Assembly: GCA_963703345.1 (NCBI GenBank)
Contig: OY969814.1
Span: 1,856,001-1,920,000 of the forward strand
Length of the DNA stretch: 64,000 nucleotides
DNA from: an uncultured Chloroflexia bacterium
Lineage (GTDB): Bacteria; Chloroflexota; Dehalococcoidia; DSTF01; JALHUB01
Reading direction: 5' to 3'
The translations under genes and the position numbers were made by a program. The notes under the pieces are model-generated. The model searched no databases. It saw only the letters and a program-made list of their open reading frames with translations, and was not told the DNA's origin. Every line of letters begins with the position of its first letter. Position 1 is the stretch's first letter. Positions 19,450-32,227 of this stretch are shown in pieces.

Positions 19450-20276
19450 GGCGTCTCCAGCTTCTGCGGGACGAAGCTCGTCAGAACCAGCACCGTCTCG
19501 AGGTGGGAGAGGCTCGCCAGCGGCTCCAGCGTCACCGACTTAAACAGGTCCTGCGGCCCGCCGCCGACGTTCGTCACCTTCCCTATGACCAGCCCGGCCG
19601 GATACAGTCCGCCGATGGCCGAGGTGATAACCGTGTCGCTGTTCTTGACCGCCGCGCCCTGCCCGACGAAATCGATTGAGAGCTTGCGGCTGTAGCTGCC
19701 CGTGACGACGCCCTGGGCGCGCGATTCTTCGATCATGGCGGAGATGGCGCTGTTGGGATCGGTAACGAGCGTTACCCAGGAGTAGGTGTCGAACATATGG
19801 GTAACGGTGCCGACGACACTGTGCCCTTCCGTGACGACGACCATCCCTTCCTGGAGCCCGTCGCGCTTGCCCCGGTCGATGGCGACGGCCTCTTTCAGGC
19901 TGCTCGGCTCCGTCGCCAGCACGTTGGCGGCGAGGTACTGCTCATCGGGGTAGGTCTGCTTGACCTGGAGCAGCTTCTGCAACTCCTGAAGCTGCGCCTG
20001 GCCGTTTAGCAACCTGGCGACTTGGTCCTTGAGTTGCTCGTTTTCGGCGCGCAGGCGGTCGTTCTCGCTGCGCACGTCGCCAACGTCCCGGAAGTTCGTC
20101 AGCCAGCCAGCCAGGGGATCGGCGACGTTGCGGAGGCCGTGTTGAACAGGCGCCGTGACGCTAAGAAAGGCGTTCTGGAAAGGATCGATGACGCCGGCCC
20201 GCGAGAGCAGGATGAGGACCAGGCTGAGGCCGATGACCCCCAACGTCCAGGTTCCCAGCCGAGAACTCATCGCCAT
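19446..20276 (-). CDS. mreC: Rod shape-determining protein MreC
   Basis: TM, coiled coil (LRAENEQL), IDRGKRDG, GGLYPAGLVIG. Confidence 0.92.
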   Translation of the reverse strand: MAMSSRLGTWTLGVIGLSLVLILLSRAGVIDPFQNAFLSVTAPVQHGLRNVADPLAGWLTNFRDVGDVRSENDRLRAENEQLKDQVARLLNGQAQLQELQKLLQVKQTYPDEQYLAANVLATEPSSLKEAVAIDRGKRDGLQEGMVVVTEGHSVVGTVTHMFDTYSWVTLVTDPNSAISAMIEESRAQGVVTGSYSRKLSIDFVGQGAAVKNSDTVITSAIGGLYPAGLVIGKVTNVGGGPQDLFKSVTLEPLASLSHLETVLVLTSFVPQKLETP

Positions 20277-20366
20277 ACCCTCTTCCCGTCGGCGAGATCG
20301 CTCCGAAGAAGCTGCCGCCTGGGAATCACTGCCACCCGCACGATTGACGCCGGCCGCGCCGAGGGT

Positions 20367-21428
20367 CTAGCGCGGAGGCTTGCGCGCCGCCAAATTCGAC
20401 TGCACCTTCGCGAGGAGGGCCGCCTCCTCCAGCACTTCGCCGGCGCCGCGGACCACGCAGGTCAGCGGCCCTTCGGCGACGTAGACGGGGAACTTCGTCT
20501 CCTGCGCCAGCCTGCGGTCGAGGCCGGCGAGGAGGGCGCCACCGCCGGCAAGGGCGATCCCCCGGTACATGAGGTCCGCCACCAACTCCGGCGGCGTGAT
20601 TTCGATTGTGGAGCGCACAGCATCGACGATGGCGTTGATGGAGCCGGAGAGAGCGTCGCGCAGCTCGACGGTGCTGACTTCGACCGACTTCGGCAGGCCG
20701 GTCGCCAGGTCGCGGCCGCGCAGGACGACCGTCCCTTCCTCGTCCATTGGGAAGGCGGATCCCGCCTCGATCTTTATCTCCTCGGCCGTGCGCTCCCCGA
20801 TGAGCAGGTTGTGAACCTGGCGGGCGTAGGCCATTATCTCCTGGTCCATCTCGTCGCCGGCGGTGCGTACGGAGGTGGCGACGACGATACCGCCGAGGGC
20901 GATGACGGCCACTTCGGTCGTGCCGCCGCCGATATCGACGATCATACAGCCGCTGGGCTCCATGATCGGCAGGCCGGCGCCGATCGCCGCGGCCATCGGC
21001 TCTTCGATGAGGTAGGCGGCGCGGGCACCCGCGTTCAGGGAGGCGTCGTGAACGGCGCGCTTCTCGACCTCGGTCACACCGCTTGGAACGCCGACGACGA
21101 CGCGCGGTCGCGGGATGCCGAAGCCGAACTTATCGTGGACGGAGCGAATGAAGTACTGGAGCATGCGCTCGGTGACCTGGAAGTCGGAGATGACCCCGTC
21201 GCGCATCGGGCGGACGGCGACGATGTTGGATGGCGTGCGCCCGACCATGCGCTTGGCCTCGGCGCCGATGGCCAGGATCTTCTTGCTGACGCGGTCGATG
21301 GCGACGACGGAGGGCTCGTCGATGACGATGCCACGGCCCTTGACCATGACCAGCGTGTTGGCCGTGCCCAGGTCAATGCCGATGTCGTGCGAGAACGCGC
21401 CCAGCAAGGCGGAGAGGGGATTCCACAC
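20367..21428 (-). CDS. mreB: Actin-like rod shape protein
   Basis: IGIDLGTANT, EEPMAAAIGAG, DIGGGTTEVA. Confidence 0.97.
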   Translation of the reverse strand: MWNPLSALLGAFSHDIGIDLGTANTLVMVKGRGIVIDEPSVVAIDRVSKKILAIGAEAKRMVGRTPSNIVAVRPMRDGVISDFQVTERMLQYFIRSVHDKFGFGIPRPRVVVGVPSGVTEVEKRAVHDASLNAGARAAYLIEEPMAAAIGAGLPIMEPSGCMIVDIGGGTTEVAVIALGGIVVATSVRTAGDEMDQEIMAYARQVHNLLIGERTAEEIKIEAGSAFPMDEEGTVVLRGRDLATGLPKSVEVSTVELRDALSGSINAIVDAVRSTIEITPPELVADLMYRGIALAGGGALLAGLDRRLAQETKFPVYVAEGPLTCVVRGAGEVLEEAALLAKVQSNLAARKPPR

Positions 21429-21598
21429 GGAAAGCCGCTCCTTGGCTAGATGACGATCCGAATCGTGGCGAATTATAGCGCATCGAGCGGGCGGGGGAAA
21501 GGGGCGTCAAGGGATACTATTTCTAGCGCTTCGATATGTTCCTGGAGGCAAATCGAAGCGCTAACGTGGGATGTCGCAGGGGCCACGGCTGTGTGCCC

Positions 21599-23743
<2,145 letters not shown>

Positions 23744-23880
23744 TCACGGATTCTTCCTATTCTGCGAACAGCAGCTCGGTCGGGAGGCCGCGTTCGCATA
23801 TGACGGTTTGGCCAGCAGATGACTACAAACGTGGCGCTCTCATTCCCTTCCCTTTGCCTCAGATTCCCCTTCCGACATTG

Positions 23881-26340
23881 ATGCGACAGAGCTCTTCCAG
23901 CAAGCGAATCGAGCGCCTGCTGGACGTGGAGTTTCGCCTTGGCCAGGAAGCGGCCGGCACGGTGCTGGAGGAGGGGTTGGGGCGACCGGTCTACGTGCTG
24001 GACCTTTACCACCACGAAGCGCCCCTGAGAAAACCGTCGAAAAAGCGGGACAGCGCCGCCCAGCGACTGCTGCCGTTCGTGGGCGCGCTGTCGGAGAGTT
24101 TGCAGACGAACGACCGGCTCCGCGTCGTGCTCTATCTCGACGGCGAGACGTTCGAGGAGCTGGCGGGAAACGAGTCGCAGACGGTGGGGCGACTGCGGGA
24201 GTCGCTGGCAAGCGGCCGCCTGGAGATTGTCGCCGGCGCCTACACGAAGGGCACGGGCGAAGCGTTCAGCGGCGAGTCGTTCATTCGGCAGCTTTTCTAC
24301 GGGCTTCTCGCCGCCAGGCATGCCGTCGAGGCGCAGGCCGAGTCCTATCTCACGGCCGAGGCGCTCCTGTTCCCGCAACTGCCGCAACTCGTGCGCAGCT
24401 TCGGCTTGCGACGCGTCGTCGTGCTGCTGGACGGCATCTCGGCAAGGCCGCCGGAGGATCGCCGCACGCCGATTCTCCTGCGCGGACCGGACGGCACCCA
24501 CGTCGCGACAGCGCTCGCGCCCCGAGTCGACGCCGCACTGGCCACAAAGCGGGAGAAGAAACGCGAACACCCGGACCCCTTCCTCTGGAGCAACGAGCGC
24601 TTGGAGCGCTTCCGGCAGGAAACGCCGCTTACGTCCCATCCCCTTCTCTGCCGCGTCCAGGGCATCGACTCCTGGCGGGGGCGGTTCTCCGGCTGGTCGA
24701 CGGTTGCGGCCAGGAGCGACATTCACCTGGTCACGCCGCGCCAGTACTTCGAGGTCGCGGAGTCGCCCGCCGTTGCCGAAAGCACGTCGCCCGTCGTACG
24801 CCCGGGCCGCTGGGAGCTGGGCGGCCGGCGCCAGCGGGAGCTGGTCAACGCCGAGATGTCGCTGCTCCTGGCGGAGCGGCTGGACGCCCTGGCCTACGCC
24901 ATGGGCCGCGGAAGCGACGAGCGGGAGCTGGAACACGCCTGGAAGGGCCTCCTCCGAGCGCAGAGCCGTGGCTTCCCCGGGCCGGCGGAGGCATCCAAGG
25001 CCGGGCGGGCGATAGCGCAGTCCGCCGCGCGCTACCTGGCATCCCACGTCAACAGCGACGGCGTCGAAGGACGCAGCCTGGTCGTCTTCAACCCATCGTC
25101 CTGGCCACGCGAAGAGTACCTGGAGGCGAGGCTGGGCGGTGAGGGATATCGCATCTTCCAGGGCGAAGAGGAGGTGCCGTCGCAAGTCGTGGAGCGTCGC
25201 CGCGGCTACGTCACGCTGGGATTCGTGGTGCAAGTGCCGGCACTTGGGTACCGGCTGTTGGAGGTGCGGCCAGCTCTGGCGCAGCAAGCGCCGGCGCAGA
25301 AGAGGGCGCTCGATTCGCGCTTCTTCACCAACGCCTTCTACGTGGCCGAGATCGGCGAGGGCGGCGCCCTGAGCATCGAGGCCGGCGGCGAAAGACTGAG
25401 CGCGGCGGCGGGCCACTTGACGGTCTGGAAGAACAAGCGGCTTCACGACTCCCGCGGATCGGTGAAGGCTATCATCCCGCACCGGCAGGGGCCCGTATTC
25501 GACCGCTATCTCGTGGAAGGGCGCATCGCCGGGATGCCGTTCCGTCAGCGATTGACATTCTACCACGCCCTGCCGCGCATCGACCTGCGAACGGAGGTTG
25601 GATTCGGGCGCGGCGCTGTGTTCGGCCCGGAGCTTCGCGACTGGCGGCTGGAGGCGGGCGAGGAAGCGAAGATGCTGTCGCTGAACCTGCACTCGCCGTT
25701 GACGCGGTTCTTCGCCGACTCGCCGTTCCTGCTAGCGGACGTCGGCGGTGAGAGAGCGCACGCGCTGAGCGTCGCCGGCCTGGACGACGAGCGTGAGCGG
25801 GGCGTCGCGCTGCTCAACCGCGGCAGCAGGAGCCACCACTTCGATACCACAGAGGGCATCCTCAGGAACGCGCTGGCCTGGGCGCCGAAGAGCACGAGCT
25901 TCGACGGGACGGTAAAAGGCACCGGCGTCTGGGAGTGCGCCCTGCTGCCGTTCGGCTCGCGGCTGGAGGCGACGCGTGCGGCGCTTGACTACCAGCTCCC
26001 TTGCCTGGGCGCCTTCGTGACGCCGCATGCCGGCGGCCTGCCTCCGGAAGGCAGTTTCCTCAGCGTCGCGCCGCCGGAAGCTCTCCTCTCAGCGATGTTC
26101 GTCCGGGACGGCAGCGTCTACGTCCGCCTCTGGAACGCGTCGCCGGCAACGGCAGAGGCGCGGGTGGAGAGCGGCGCCTCACTCTCGCTCCAGCGCTGCA
26201 CCCTCGACCTCGTTCGACCAATCGTCCGCCGGCGGCCTGCCGATGCGGCCCTGGGGCGTGCAGACGCTGCGGCTGAAGGGAAGCGCCGAAGGTTAGCTCT
26301 CCTCGCCGCCGTCAAGGTATGCGACTTCAGGAGTAGATGA
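23881..26340 (+). CDS. GH38 alpha-mannosidase-like protein, degenerate active site, probable frameshift near the C-terminus
   Basis: GRLEIVAG, GESFIRQLFYG, PQLPQL, VVFNPSSWPR, VPALGY; GH38-like C-terminus PWGVQTLRL is in another frame ending 26296. Confidence 0.65.
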   Translation: MRQSSSSKRIERLLDVEFRLGQEAAGTVLEEGLGRPVYVLDLYHHEAPLRKPSKKRDSAAQRLLPFVGALSESLQTNDRLRVVLYLDGETFEELAGNESQTVGRLRESLASGRLEIVAGAYTKGTGEAFSGESFIRQLFYGLLAARHAVEAQAESYLTAEALLFPQLPQLVRSFGLRRVVVLLDGISARPPEDRRTPILLRGPDGTHVATALAPRVDAALATKREKKREHPDPFLWSNERLERFRQETPLTSHPLLCRVQGIDSWRGRFSGWSTVAARSDIHLVTPRQYFEVAESPAVAESTSPVVRPGRWELGGRRQRELVNAEMSLLLAERLDALAYAMGRGSDERELEHAWKGLLRAQSRGFPGPAEASKAGRAIAQSAARYLASHVNSDGVEGRSLVVFNPSSWPREEYLEARLGGEGYRIFQGEEEVPSQVVERRRGYVTLGFVVQVPALGYRLLEVRPALAQQAPAQKRALDSRFFTNAFYVAEIGEGGALSIEAGGERLSAAAGHLTVWKNKRLHDSRGSVKAIIPHRQGPVFDRYLVEGRIAGMPFRQRLTFYHALPRIDLRTEVGFGRGAVFGPELRDWRLEAGEEAKMLSLNLHSPLTRFFADSPFLLADVGGERAHALSVAGLDDERERGVALLNRGSRSHHFDTTEGILRNALAWAPKSTSFDGTVKGTGVWECALLPFGSRLEATRAALDYQLPCLGAFVTPHAGGLPPEGSFLSVAPPEALLSAMFVRDGSVYVRLWNASPATAEARVESGASLSLQRCTLDLVRPIVRRRPADAALGRADAAAEGKRRRLALLAAVKVCDFRSR

Positions 26341-26504
26341 CCTTCCCCCAACTTATCGGCCTCACTTCACCCGCGTTTAGTCGCTGTCCTCATATGCGCC
26401 CCTTCCGTTGCTCAAGCATAATCGACTCCAGCGCAGGAGATTGGGTGGCTCGCCTGGCGCAGCAAACGTCCCGCCCCATCGTTCTTCAGGAGGGTGGCCG
26501 TCAA

Positions 26505-27194
26505 ATGAACAAGACGCGCGTTCTCATCGCCGACCCCGCGGACCTGGCGCGACAGGGACTCTCCGGGCTCCTATCGGCCCAGGAAGACATCGCGGTAGTG
26601 GCCTCCTGCCAGACGATGGGCGAAACGGTATCCGAGGCCATTGCACAGTCGCCGGACGTGGTCCTTCTGGGCTACGGCTTTTCCGAGCCTCAGCGGCTGG
26701 AGACGGTACGTCAGATAGAGAAGAATCGGCCGTGGATCCCCCTGCTTGTCCTGACCGACCGCCCCGAACTGGAAGCGTTCCTGTCGTGTGTTAGAGCTGG
26801 AGTTCGCGGCTACCTGGGAGGAAATGTGGACGCGTCAGGGCTAATCGATGCCGTCCGGAAGCTGAGTTCCGGCGGCTGTGCGATGGACTCGTGTATAATG
26901 CCGGAGCTGTTCGCATTCCTGACCCAGCCGGTGGGGCAGTTCGCCAGGCGGCCTGTCCGGGTGGGCGACAAAAACTCGCCGCTGATGAAGCTGACGCCCC
27001 GAGAACGCGACGTGTTGCGTCTGATGGCGCAGGGCAGGGGCAACAAAGAGATCGGGGCGCTGCTGGGGATAAGCGTAGGGACGGCCAAGACTCACCTGAG
27101 GCACATCTTCCGCAAGCTGCAGGTATCGGACCGCACGGGCGCTGTGCTCACGGCGCTCGAGATCGACGCCTCGCGGATTCTGCCGGCGGCTTGA
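26505..27194 (+). CDS. NarL/LuxR-family regulator with atypical receiver
   Basis: REC + LTPRERDVLRLMAQGRGNKEIG HTH; Gly at the phospho-Asp position. Confidence 0.88.
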   Translation: MNKTRVLIADPADLARQGLSGLLSAQEDIAVVASCQTMGETVSEAIAQSPDVVLLGYGFSEPQRLETVRQIEKNRPWIPLLVLTDRPELEAFLSCVRAGVRGYLGGNVDASGLIDAVRKLSSGGCAMDSCIMPELFAFLTQPVGQFARRPVRVGDKNSPLMKLTPRERDVLRLMAQGRGNKEIGALLGISVGTAKTHLRHIFRKLQVSDRTGAVLTALEIDASRILPAA

Positions 27195-27386
27195 CGCCTC
27201 GAGGCGCCTCTCTCGCGGCACCAATACTCGCCTCCAGTTACGTCTCTTCCCTATAACGATACGGCCGCCGCTGAACGATAATCCTCTATGACGCAGCGGA
27301 ACCCGCACGCCGAACGCCCCGTGTCGTTCGAAGGCAGAGGCCAGCACGGCCGTGGTTTCAAGGACGAGGCGTCATCGGCGCAAACT

Positions 27387-28079
27387 ATGAACGGCAGCAG
27401 GCAGATTCGCGTTCTCGTCGCCGATCCTACGGACCTCGCGCGACAGGGCCTGCGCGGGCTGCTGGCCGTTCGCGAGGACCTGGACGTCGTCGCCTCCTGT
27501 CGCACGATCGATGATGCCGTATCGGAGTGCGTCAAGCAGTCGCCGGACGTGGCGCTGATCGGCTACGGCTTCTCTGAGCTGCAGCGGCTGGAGGCGGTGC
27601 GCCAGATGGCCAAGAGCCGGGCGTCGATCCCCGTGCTCGTCGTCACCGATCATCCCAATCTGGACGTATTCCTTTCTTGCGTGAAGGCCGGGGCGCGTGG
27701 CTACCTGGGGAGCGATGTGCACGCTCGAGGACTGATCGAGGCCGTGCTGATGCTGGCCTTCGGCGGCTGCGCAGTCGAGCCGGTGATCCTGAGGGACCTC
27801 TTCGCGTATTTGGCGGGGGTTGCGGCCGCGGTGGGTCGCGGGGCCTCGTCGGGTAGAGACTCAGCGCTGGGAAAGCTTTCGCCGCGGGAGCGCGAAGTGC
27901 TGCGGCTGATGGCGCAGGGAAAGGGCAACAAGGAGATAGCGTCGCTGCTGGGAATAAGCGCCGGCACGACGAAGACTCATCTGCGGCACATCTTCAAGAA
28001 GCTGCGGGTGTCGGACAGGACGGGCGCCGTACTGGCGGCCCTCGAGATCGACCCGGCGAAGCTTCTGCCGGCCGCCTGA
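27387..28079 (+). CDS. NarL/LuxR-family regulator paralog with atypical receiver (start 27288 or 27387)
   Basis: REC + LSPREREVLRLMAQGKGNKEIA HTH. Confidence 0.88.
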   Translation: MNGSRQIRVLVADPTDLARQGLRGLLAVREDLDVVASCRTIDDAVSECVKQSPDVALIGYGFSELQRLEAVRQMAKSRASIPVLVVTDHPNLDVFLSCVKAGARGYLGSDVHARGLIEAVLMLAFGGCAVEPVILRDLFAYLAGVAAAVGRGASSGRDSALGKLSPREREVLRLMAQGKGNKEIASLLGISAGTTKTHLRHIFKKLRVSDRTGAVLAALEIDPAKLLPAA

Positions 28080-28196
28080 GTCGTGTCGCCGGAGCATCTA
28101 TCGCATGGTGGATTCTGATTCCGGCAAATCGTCCGAAGAATACTGTGGGGATAGTCCGCGCGGAATCTTGCGGCGAGGGGCTGCCGCTTTCCGTCA

Positions 28197-28991
28197 TTGA
28201 AGGGGGTCAGTATTACGGAACGGGTAAAGCGGGCCACGAACTCGGTCTACAAGAGCTACTTCCATGCCCTTTACCTGAGCCGGCTGGCTTTCTTCGCGTT
28301 CTGGATTTGCTTCAGCTACTTGGTAATGTGGTCGATTCCCTGGTTCGGCATCGGCCTTTCCAGAGACGACTACACGCCCCAGTACGTTGTTACGATGTCT
28401 TTTGCCGCCTGCTGCATCGCGCTCGGGCTGCTTTACATGACGCTGCGCACCCTGGCGCGCCACAAGCGGGAAGCGCTGGTCGCCTGGAACTCGCTGTACG
28501 ATGAGACCACCGGCACGCACACTCGGAGCCACCTGTACGATCGCCTGTCGCTGGAGTGCGAGCGGTCGGAGCGTCACGGGTCGTCCTTCGCGCTGGTCAT
28601 CTTGAAGCTCAGGCTGCCGGAACCGCATCATGGCCATCACGCCGCCGCAACGACCACGAAGTTCCTGCGACGCGCCGCCGACCTGGTGCAAAGCTTGACC
28701 CGACCAAGCGATCTCGTTGCGCTGGTGAGCAGTAACGAGTTTGCCGTCCTCGCGTGCAGCGTGGACTCCCAGGGCGTCGATGTCCTGGTGCGGAGACTGC
28801 GCGCTTCGCTCGCCGTCGGCTTGCCGGGGCTCGCCAGGGACCGCGGAGACGACGCCGAGCCTGTAGTCGAGCTGGGCGTGGCGACGTACGGCGAAGACGG
28901 CGTCACCCCGGAAGCGCTCGTCGATGCGGCTCGGGCTGCGGCTGCGCAGGACCGCAGATCTCCCCCTGTCTCCGGCAGTCGCGTCGCCTGA
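28197..28991 (+). CDS. Two-TM protein with degenerate GGDEF domain
   Basis: YDETTG..RPSDLVALVSSNEFAVL (SSNEF replaces GGDEF). Confidence 0.8.
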   Translation: MKGVSITERVKRATNSVYKSYFHALYLSRLAFFAFWICFSYLVMWSIPWFGIGLSRDDYTPQYVVTMSFAACCIALGLLYMTLRTLARHKREALVAWNSLYDETTGTHTRSHLYDRLSLECERSERHGSSFALVILKLRLPEPHHGHHAAATTTKFLRRAADLVQSLTRPSDLVALVSSNEFAVLACSVDSQGVDVLVRRLRASLAVGLPGLARDRGDDAEPVVELGVATYGEDGVTPEALVDAARAAAAQDRRSPPVSGSRVA

Positions 28992-29029
28992 ACCCGGGCG
29001 TCGAGGCTTTCCTTCCCCGCTGAATTGGC

Positions 29030-30034
29030 CTACCGTAGCACGACGTAGAGGATGAACGCCACGTAGAGGATGCCTGCCCGCGCCAGGACGGTCGGACTGA
29101 GATGACCTCGGCGTGTTATCGACAGGAAGACTATCGCCGTCGACAGGAGAGCGATTCCCGCCGAGACCAGCGCCGGCTGCGTCAGCTCCCAGGGCGTGAA
29201 GATGAGTCCGACCGAGACCGGGATACAGCTCTGGAAGACCATCGCGCCGCTGATGTTGCCCATCGCCAGCGTGTCCTTGCGCTGTCGCACCCAGATGACG
29301 CTGTTGAACTTCTCCGGCAGCTCCGTCGCCAGGGGCGAGAGGATGAGGGCGAGGACAAGAGCGGGCACGTTGAGATGCGTCGCCACTGTTCCCAGGTTGG
29401 ACACGAAAAGCCGCGCGCCGAGGATCATCACCGCCAGCGCCCCGAAGAACTGCAACACGCTCAGCAGCAGCGAGGCCTCTTCGGTCGGGTAGCGGACGGC
29501 CCGCTCAAGGTAGAGCTTCTCCGGCATCTCGACCGTCGCGCCGCCGCGGGTCACCGTCCGGTAGACGTAGAAGGCGTAGAAGAGGAGCAGCAGGACGGCG
29601 AACCCGACCTTCAGACCGTGGTTGGGCAAAAAGCTGGAGAGCACGACGAGGGCGTAGACGACGATGAAGTAGCCCATATCGCGGCGAAGGATGTTGGCGT
29701 TGACCTGCATCTCTCGCGGGCGGCGGCCGCTGCGGGCGAAAGCGAGCACGGCGGCGCCGGTGACGAAGAAGGCTGCCGTCGACAGCATGAACGGCGCGCC
29801 CAGAATAGCGCCAATGCCTATGTCGTCGTGCGTGGCGCCGGTGCTGAAGAGGATGGCGATCAGCGGGATGAGCGTCTCCGGCATGGCGGTGCCGACGGCT
29901 GCCAGGATGCTGCCCACAGCGCCTTCGTTCAGGCGCAGGTGGAGGCCGATCCACTCGACAGCGTTCGTGAACAGCTCGGCGGCGGCAAGGATGATGGCGA
30001 GGCTGACAAGGAGAAGGACAAGGGCTATCGCCAT
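29030..30034 (-). CDS. Sodium:calcium antiporter (CaCA family)
   Basis: Alpha repeats GTAMPE / ATELPE; multi-TM. Confidence 0.88.
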   Translation of the reverse strand: MAIALVLLLVSLAIILAAAELFTNAVEWIGLHLRLNEGAVGSILAAVGTAMPETLIPLIAILFSTGATHDDIGIGAILGAPFMLSTAAFFVTGAAVLAFARSGRRPREMQVNANILRRDMGYFIVVYALVVLSSFLPNHGLKVGFAVLLLLFYAFYVYRTVTRGGATVEMPEKLYLERAVRYPTEEASLLLSVLQFFGALAVMILGARLFVSNLGTVATHLNVPALVLALILSPLATELPEKFNSVIWVRQRKDTLAMGNISGAMVFQSCIPVSVGLIFTPWELTQPALVSAGIALLSTAIVFLSITRRGHLSPTVLARAGILYVAFILYVVLR

Positions 30035-30170
30035 TCGCTCCCTCGTGACACGGCCGGCTGAAGTGGCATCCTGCTCATCGCTCGGAGTATAGCACCAGCG
30101 ACGGCTAGTGCAGATTGACTGTCCTTCGCTTCTCTCAATACACTGACACCACCAACGCCGGGAGAGGACC

Positions 30171-31826
30171 GTGACAAGCGACAGCAAGGCCGATTGGGAG
30201 GAGAGCACCCTGAAACGCTCTCTCGAAAGCGCGGAGCAGCTCCGGGAGCGCTTCGAGTCGAGCTCAGGCGCGGACGTGGCGCCGCTCTACTGCCCGGAGG
30301 ACCTGCCGGACTGGGACTACGTCCGGAAGCTGGGCTATCCCGGCGAGTTCCCTTTCACCCGCGGCGTCCAGGCAAGCATGTACCGCGGCCGTCTGTGGAC
30401 GATGCGCCAGTACGCCGGCTTCGGCGACGCGGCGGACTCGAACCGGCGCTATCGCTATTTGCTGGAGCAGGGGCAGACGGGTATATCCGTCGCCTTCGAC
30501 CTGCCGACGCAGATGGGCTACGACGCCGATCACCCGCGCGCCGAAGGGGAAGTGGGCAAGGTCGGCGTCTCGATTTGCAACGCCGCGGATGTCGAAGAGC
30601 TTTTCGACGGCATCCCGCTTGATCGCGTCACGACCTCGATGACGATCAACGCGACGGCGCCCGTCCTGCTGGCGTTCTACGTCGCGACGGCGAAGAAGCG
30701 CGGCATCGACGTGCGGCGCTTGGGCGGCACGGTCCAGAACGACGTCCTCAAGGAATACATTGCCCGCGGCACCTACATCTTCCCGCCGCGTCCGTCGATG
30801 CGCCTGGCCACGGACATCTTCGCTTATTGCCGGCAGCACCTGCCCTCCTGGAACACGATAAGCATCAGCGGCTACCACATGCGCGAGGCGGGCTCGACGG
30901 CGGCGCAGGAGGTGGCGTTTACTCTGGCGGACGGCATCGCCTACGTCGAGGGAGCAATCCGCACCGGCCTGGCCGTCGACGAGTTTGCGCCGCGCCTTTC
31001 CTTCTTCTTCGCCAGCCACAGCAATCTGCTCGAAGAGGTCGCGAAGTTCCGGGCCGCCCGCCGTCTGTGGGCGACGATTATGCGCGACCGCTTCGATGCC
31101 CGCGACCCGCGCTCGCTGATGCTGCGGTTTCACACGCAGACCGGCGGCGCCACCCTCACGGCGCAGCAGCCGGACAACAACGTCGTTCGCGTGGCCCTGG
31201 AGGCGCTGTCCGCCGTGCTGGGGGGCACGCAATCGCTGCACACGAACGCGCTGGACGAGGCGCTGGCCCTGCCGAGCGAGCGGGCCGTCCAGATTGCGCT
31301 ACGTACGCAGCAGGTCATCGCCTATGAGAGCGACGTCGCGGACACGATCGACCCGCTGGCCGGTTCGTATTATGTCGAGTCGCTGACCGACCAGATCGAG
31401 GAGGAGTCGCGCGAATACATTCGCCGCATCGACGAGATGGGCGGCGCGACGGCGGCAATCGATCAGGGCTTCCAGCAGCGGGAGATCCAGGCTAACGCCT
31501 ATCGCCTGCAACGCGAGATGGAGGACGAGAAGCGGGTGGTTGTGGGCGTCAACAAGTTCCGCAGCGAAGATGACTATTCGCCGGCGCTGTTGCGGGTCGA
31601 TCCGCAGGTCGGCGCCCGTCAGCGCTGCCGGCTAGAGGAGTTGCGGCGCAATCGTGATGCGGCAAAAGCGCAAGCGGCGCTCGACGGCCTGGCGAAGGCG
31701 GCGGAAGGCAGCGAGAACACGATGCCGTTCTTCGTCGAGTGCGCGGAGAGCGGCGTCACGCTGGGCGAGATGTGCGACGTGCTGCGCGGCATCTGGGGCG
31801 AGCAGAAGGAGTCGCTGGTCTTCTGA
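30171..31826 (+). CDS. Methylmalonyl-CoA mutase, substrate-binding (N-terminal) subunit
   Basis: [46 protein letters not shown]. Confidence 0.95.
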   Translation: MTSDSKADWEESTLKRSLESAEQLRERFESSSGADVAPLYCPEDLPDWDYVRKLGYPGEFPFTRGVQASMYRGRLWTMRQYAGFGDAADSNRRYRYLLEQGQTGISVAFDLPTQMGYDADHPRAEGEVGKVGVSICNAADVEELFDGIPLDRVTTSMTINATAPVLLAFYVATAKKRGIDVRRLGGTVQNDVLKEYIARGTYIFPPRPSMRLATDIFAYCRQHLPSWNTISISGYHMREAGSTAAQEVAFTLADGIAYVEGAIRTGLAVDEFAPRLSFFFASHSNLLEEVAKFRAARRLWATIMRDRFDARDPRSLMLRFHTQTGGATLTAQQPDNNVVRVALEALSAVLGGTQSLHTNALDEALALPSERAVQIALRTQQVIAYESDVADTIDPLAGSYYVESLTDQIEEESREYIRRIDEMGGATAAIDQGFQQREIQANAYRLQREMEDEKRVVVGVNKFRSEDDYSPALLRVDPQVGARQRCRLEELRRNRDAAKAQAALDGLAKAAEGSENTMPFFVECAESGVTLGEMCDVLRGIWGEQKESLVF

Positions 31827-32227
31827 TGATCAAGGGAATCGCGCACGTCGGGATCGCCGTCAGGAGCCTGGAGAAAAGCCTCGCGTTCTATCGCGACGCC
31901 CTGGGCCTGCCGCTGCTGAAGGTCGAGGAGCTGGCTGACGAGAAGGCAAGAGCGGCGCTCTTGCAACTGGGCGACACGCAGGTCGAGCTGCTGGAGCCGC
32001 TATCGCCGGAGACGGCGCTGGCGCGGTTCATCGAGCAGCGCGGCGAGGGCTTGCACCACGTCGCGCTGGAGACCGACAATGCCGCCGCCGAGATGGCGCT
32101 GGTGCGCGAGCGCGGCGTCGAGCTGCGGGTGGACCGTCCGACGCGCGGGCTGAGTGGCATGATCTTCTTCCTGCCGCCGCGTCAGATGCACGGCGCGCTC
32201 GTCGAGATAGAGGAGCCGCTGGAATGA
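31826..32227 (+). CDS. mce: Methylmalonyl-CoA epimerase
   Basis: HVGIAV..ELLEP..GEGLHHVAL..LVE. Confidence 0.88.
   Translation: MIKGIAHVGIAVRSLEKSLAFYRDALGLPLLKVEELADEKARAALLQLGDTQVELLEPLSPETALARFIEQRGEGLHHVALETDNAAAEMALVRERGVELRVDRPTRGLSGMIFFLPPRQMHGALVEIEEPLE

Noticed and set aside
30171-31826. Isobutyryl-CoA or 2-hydroxyisobutyryl-CoA mutase
   Set aside because: RQYAG (Tyr) and the adjacent epimerase indicate methylmalonyl-CoA specificity
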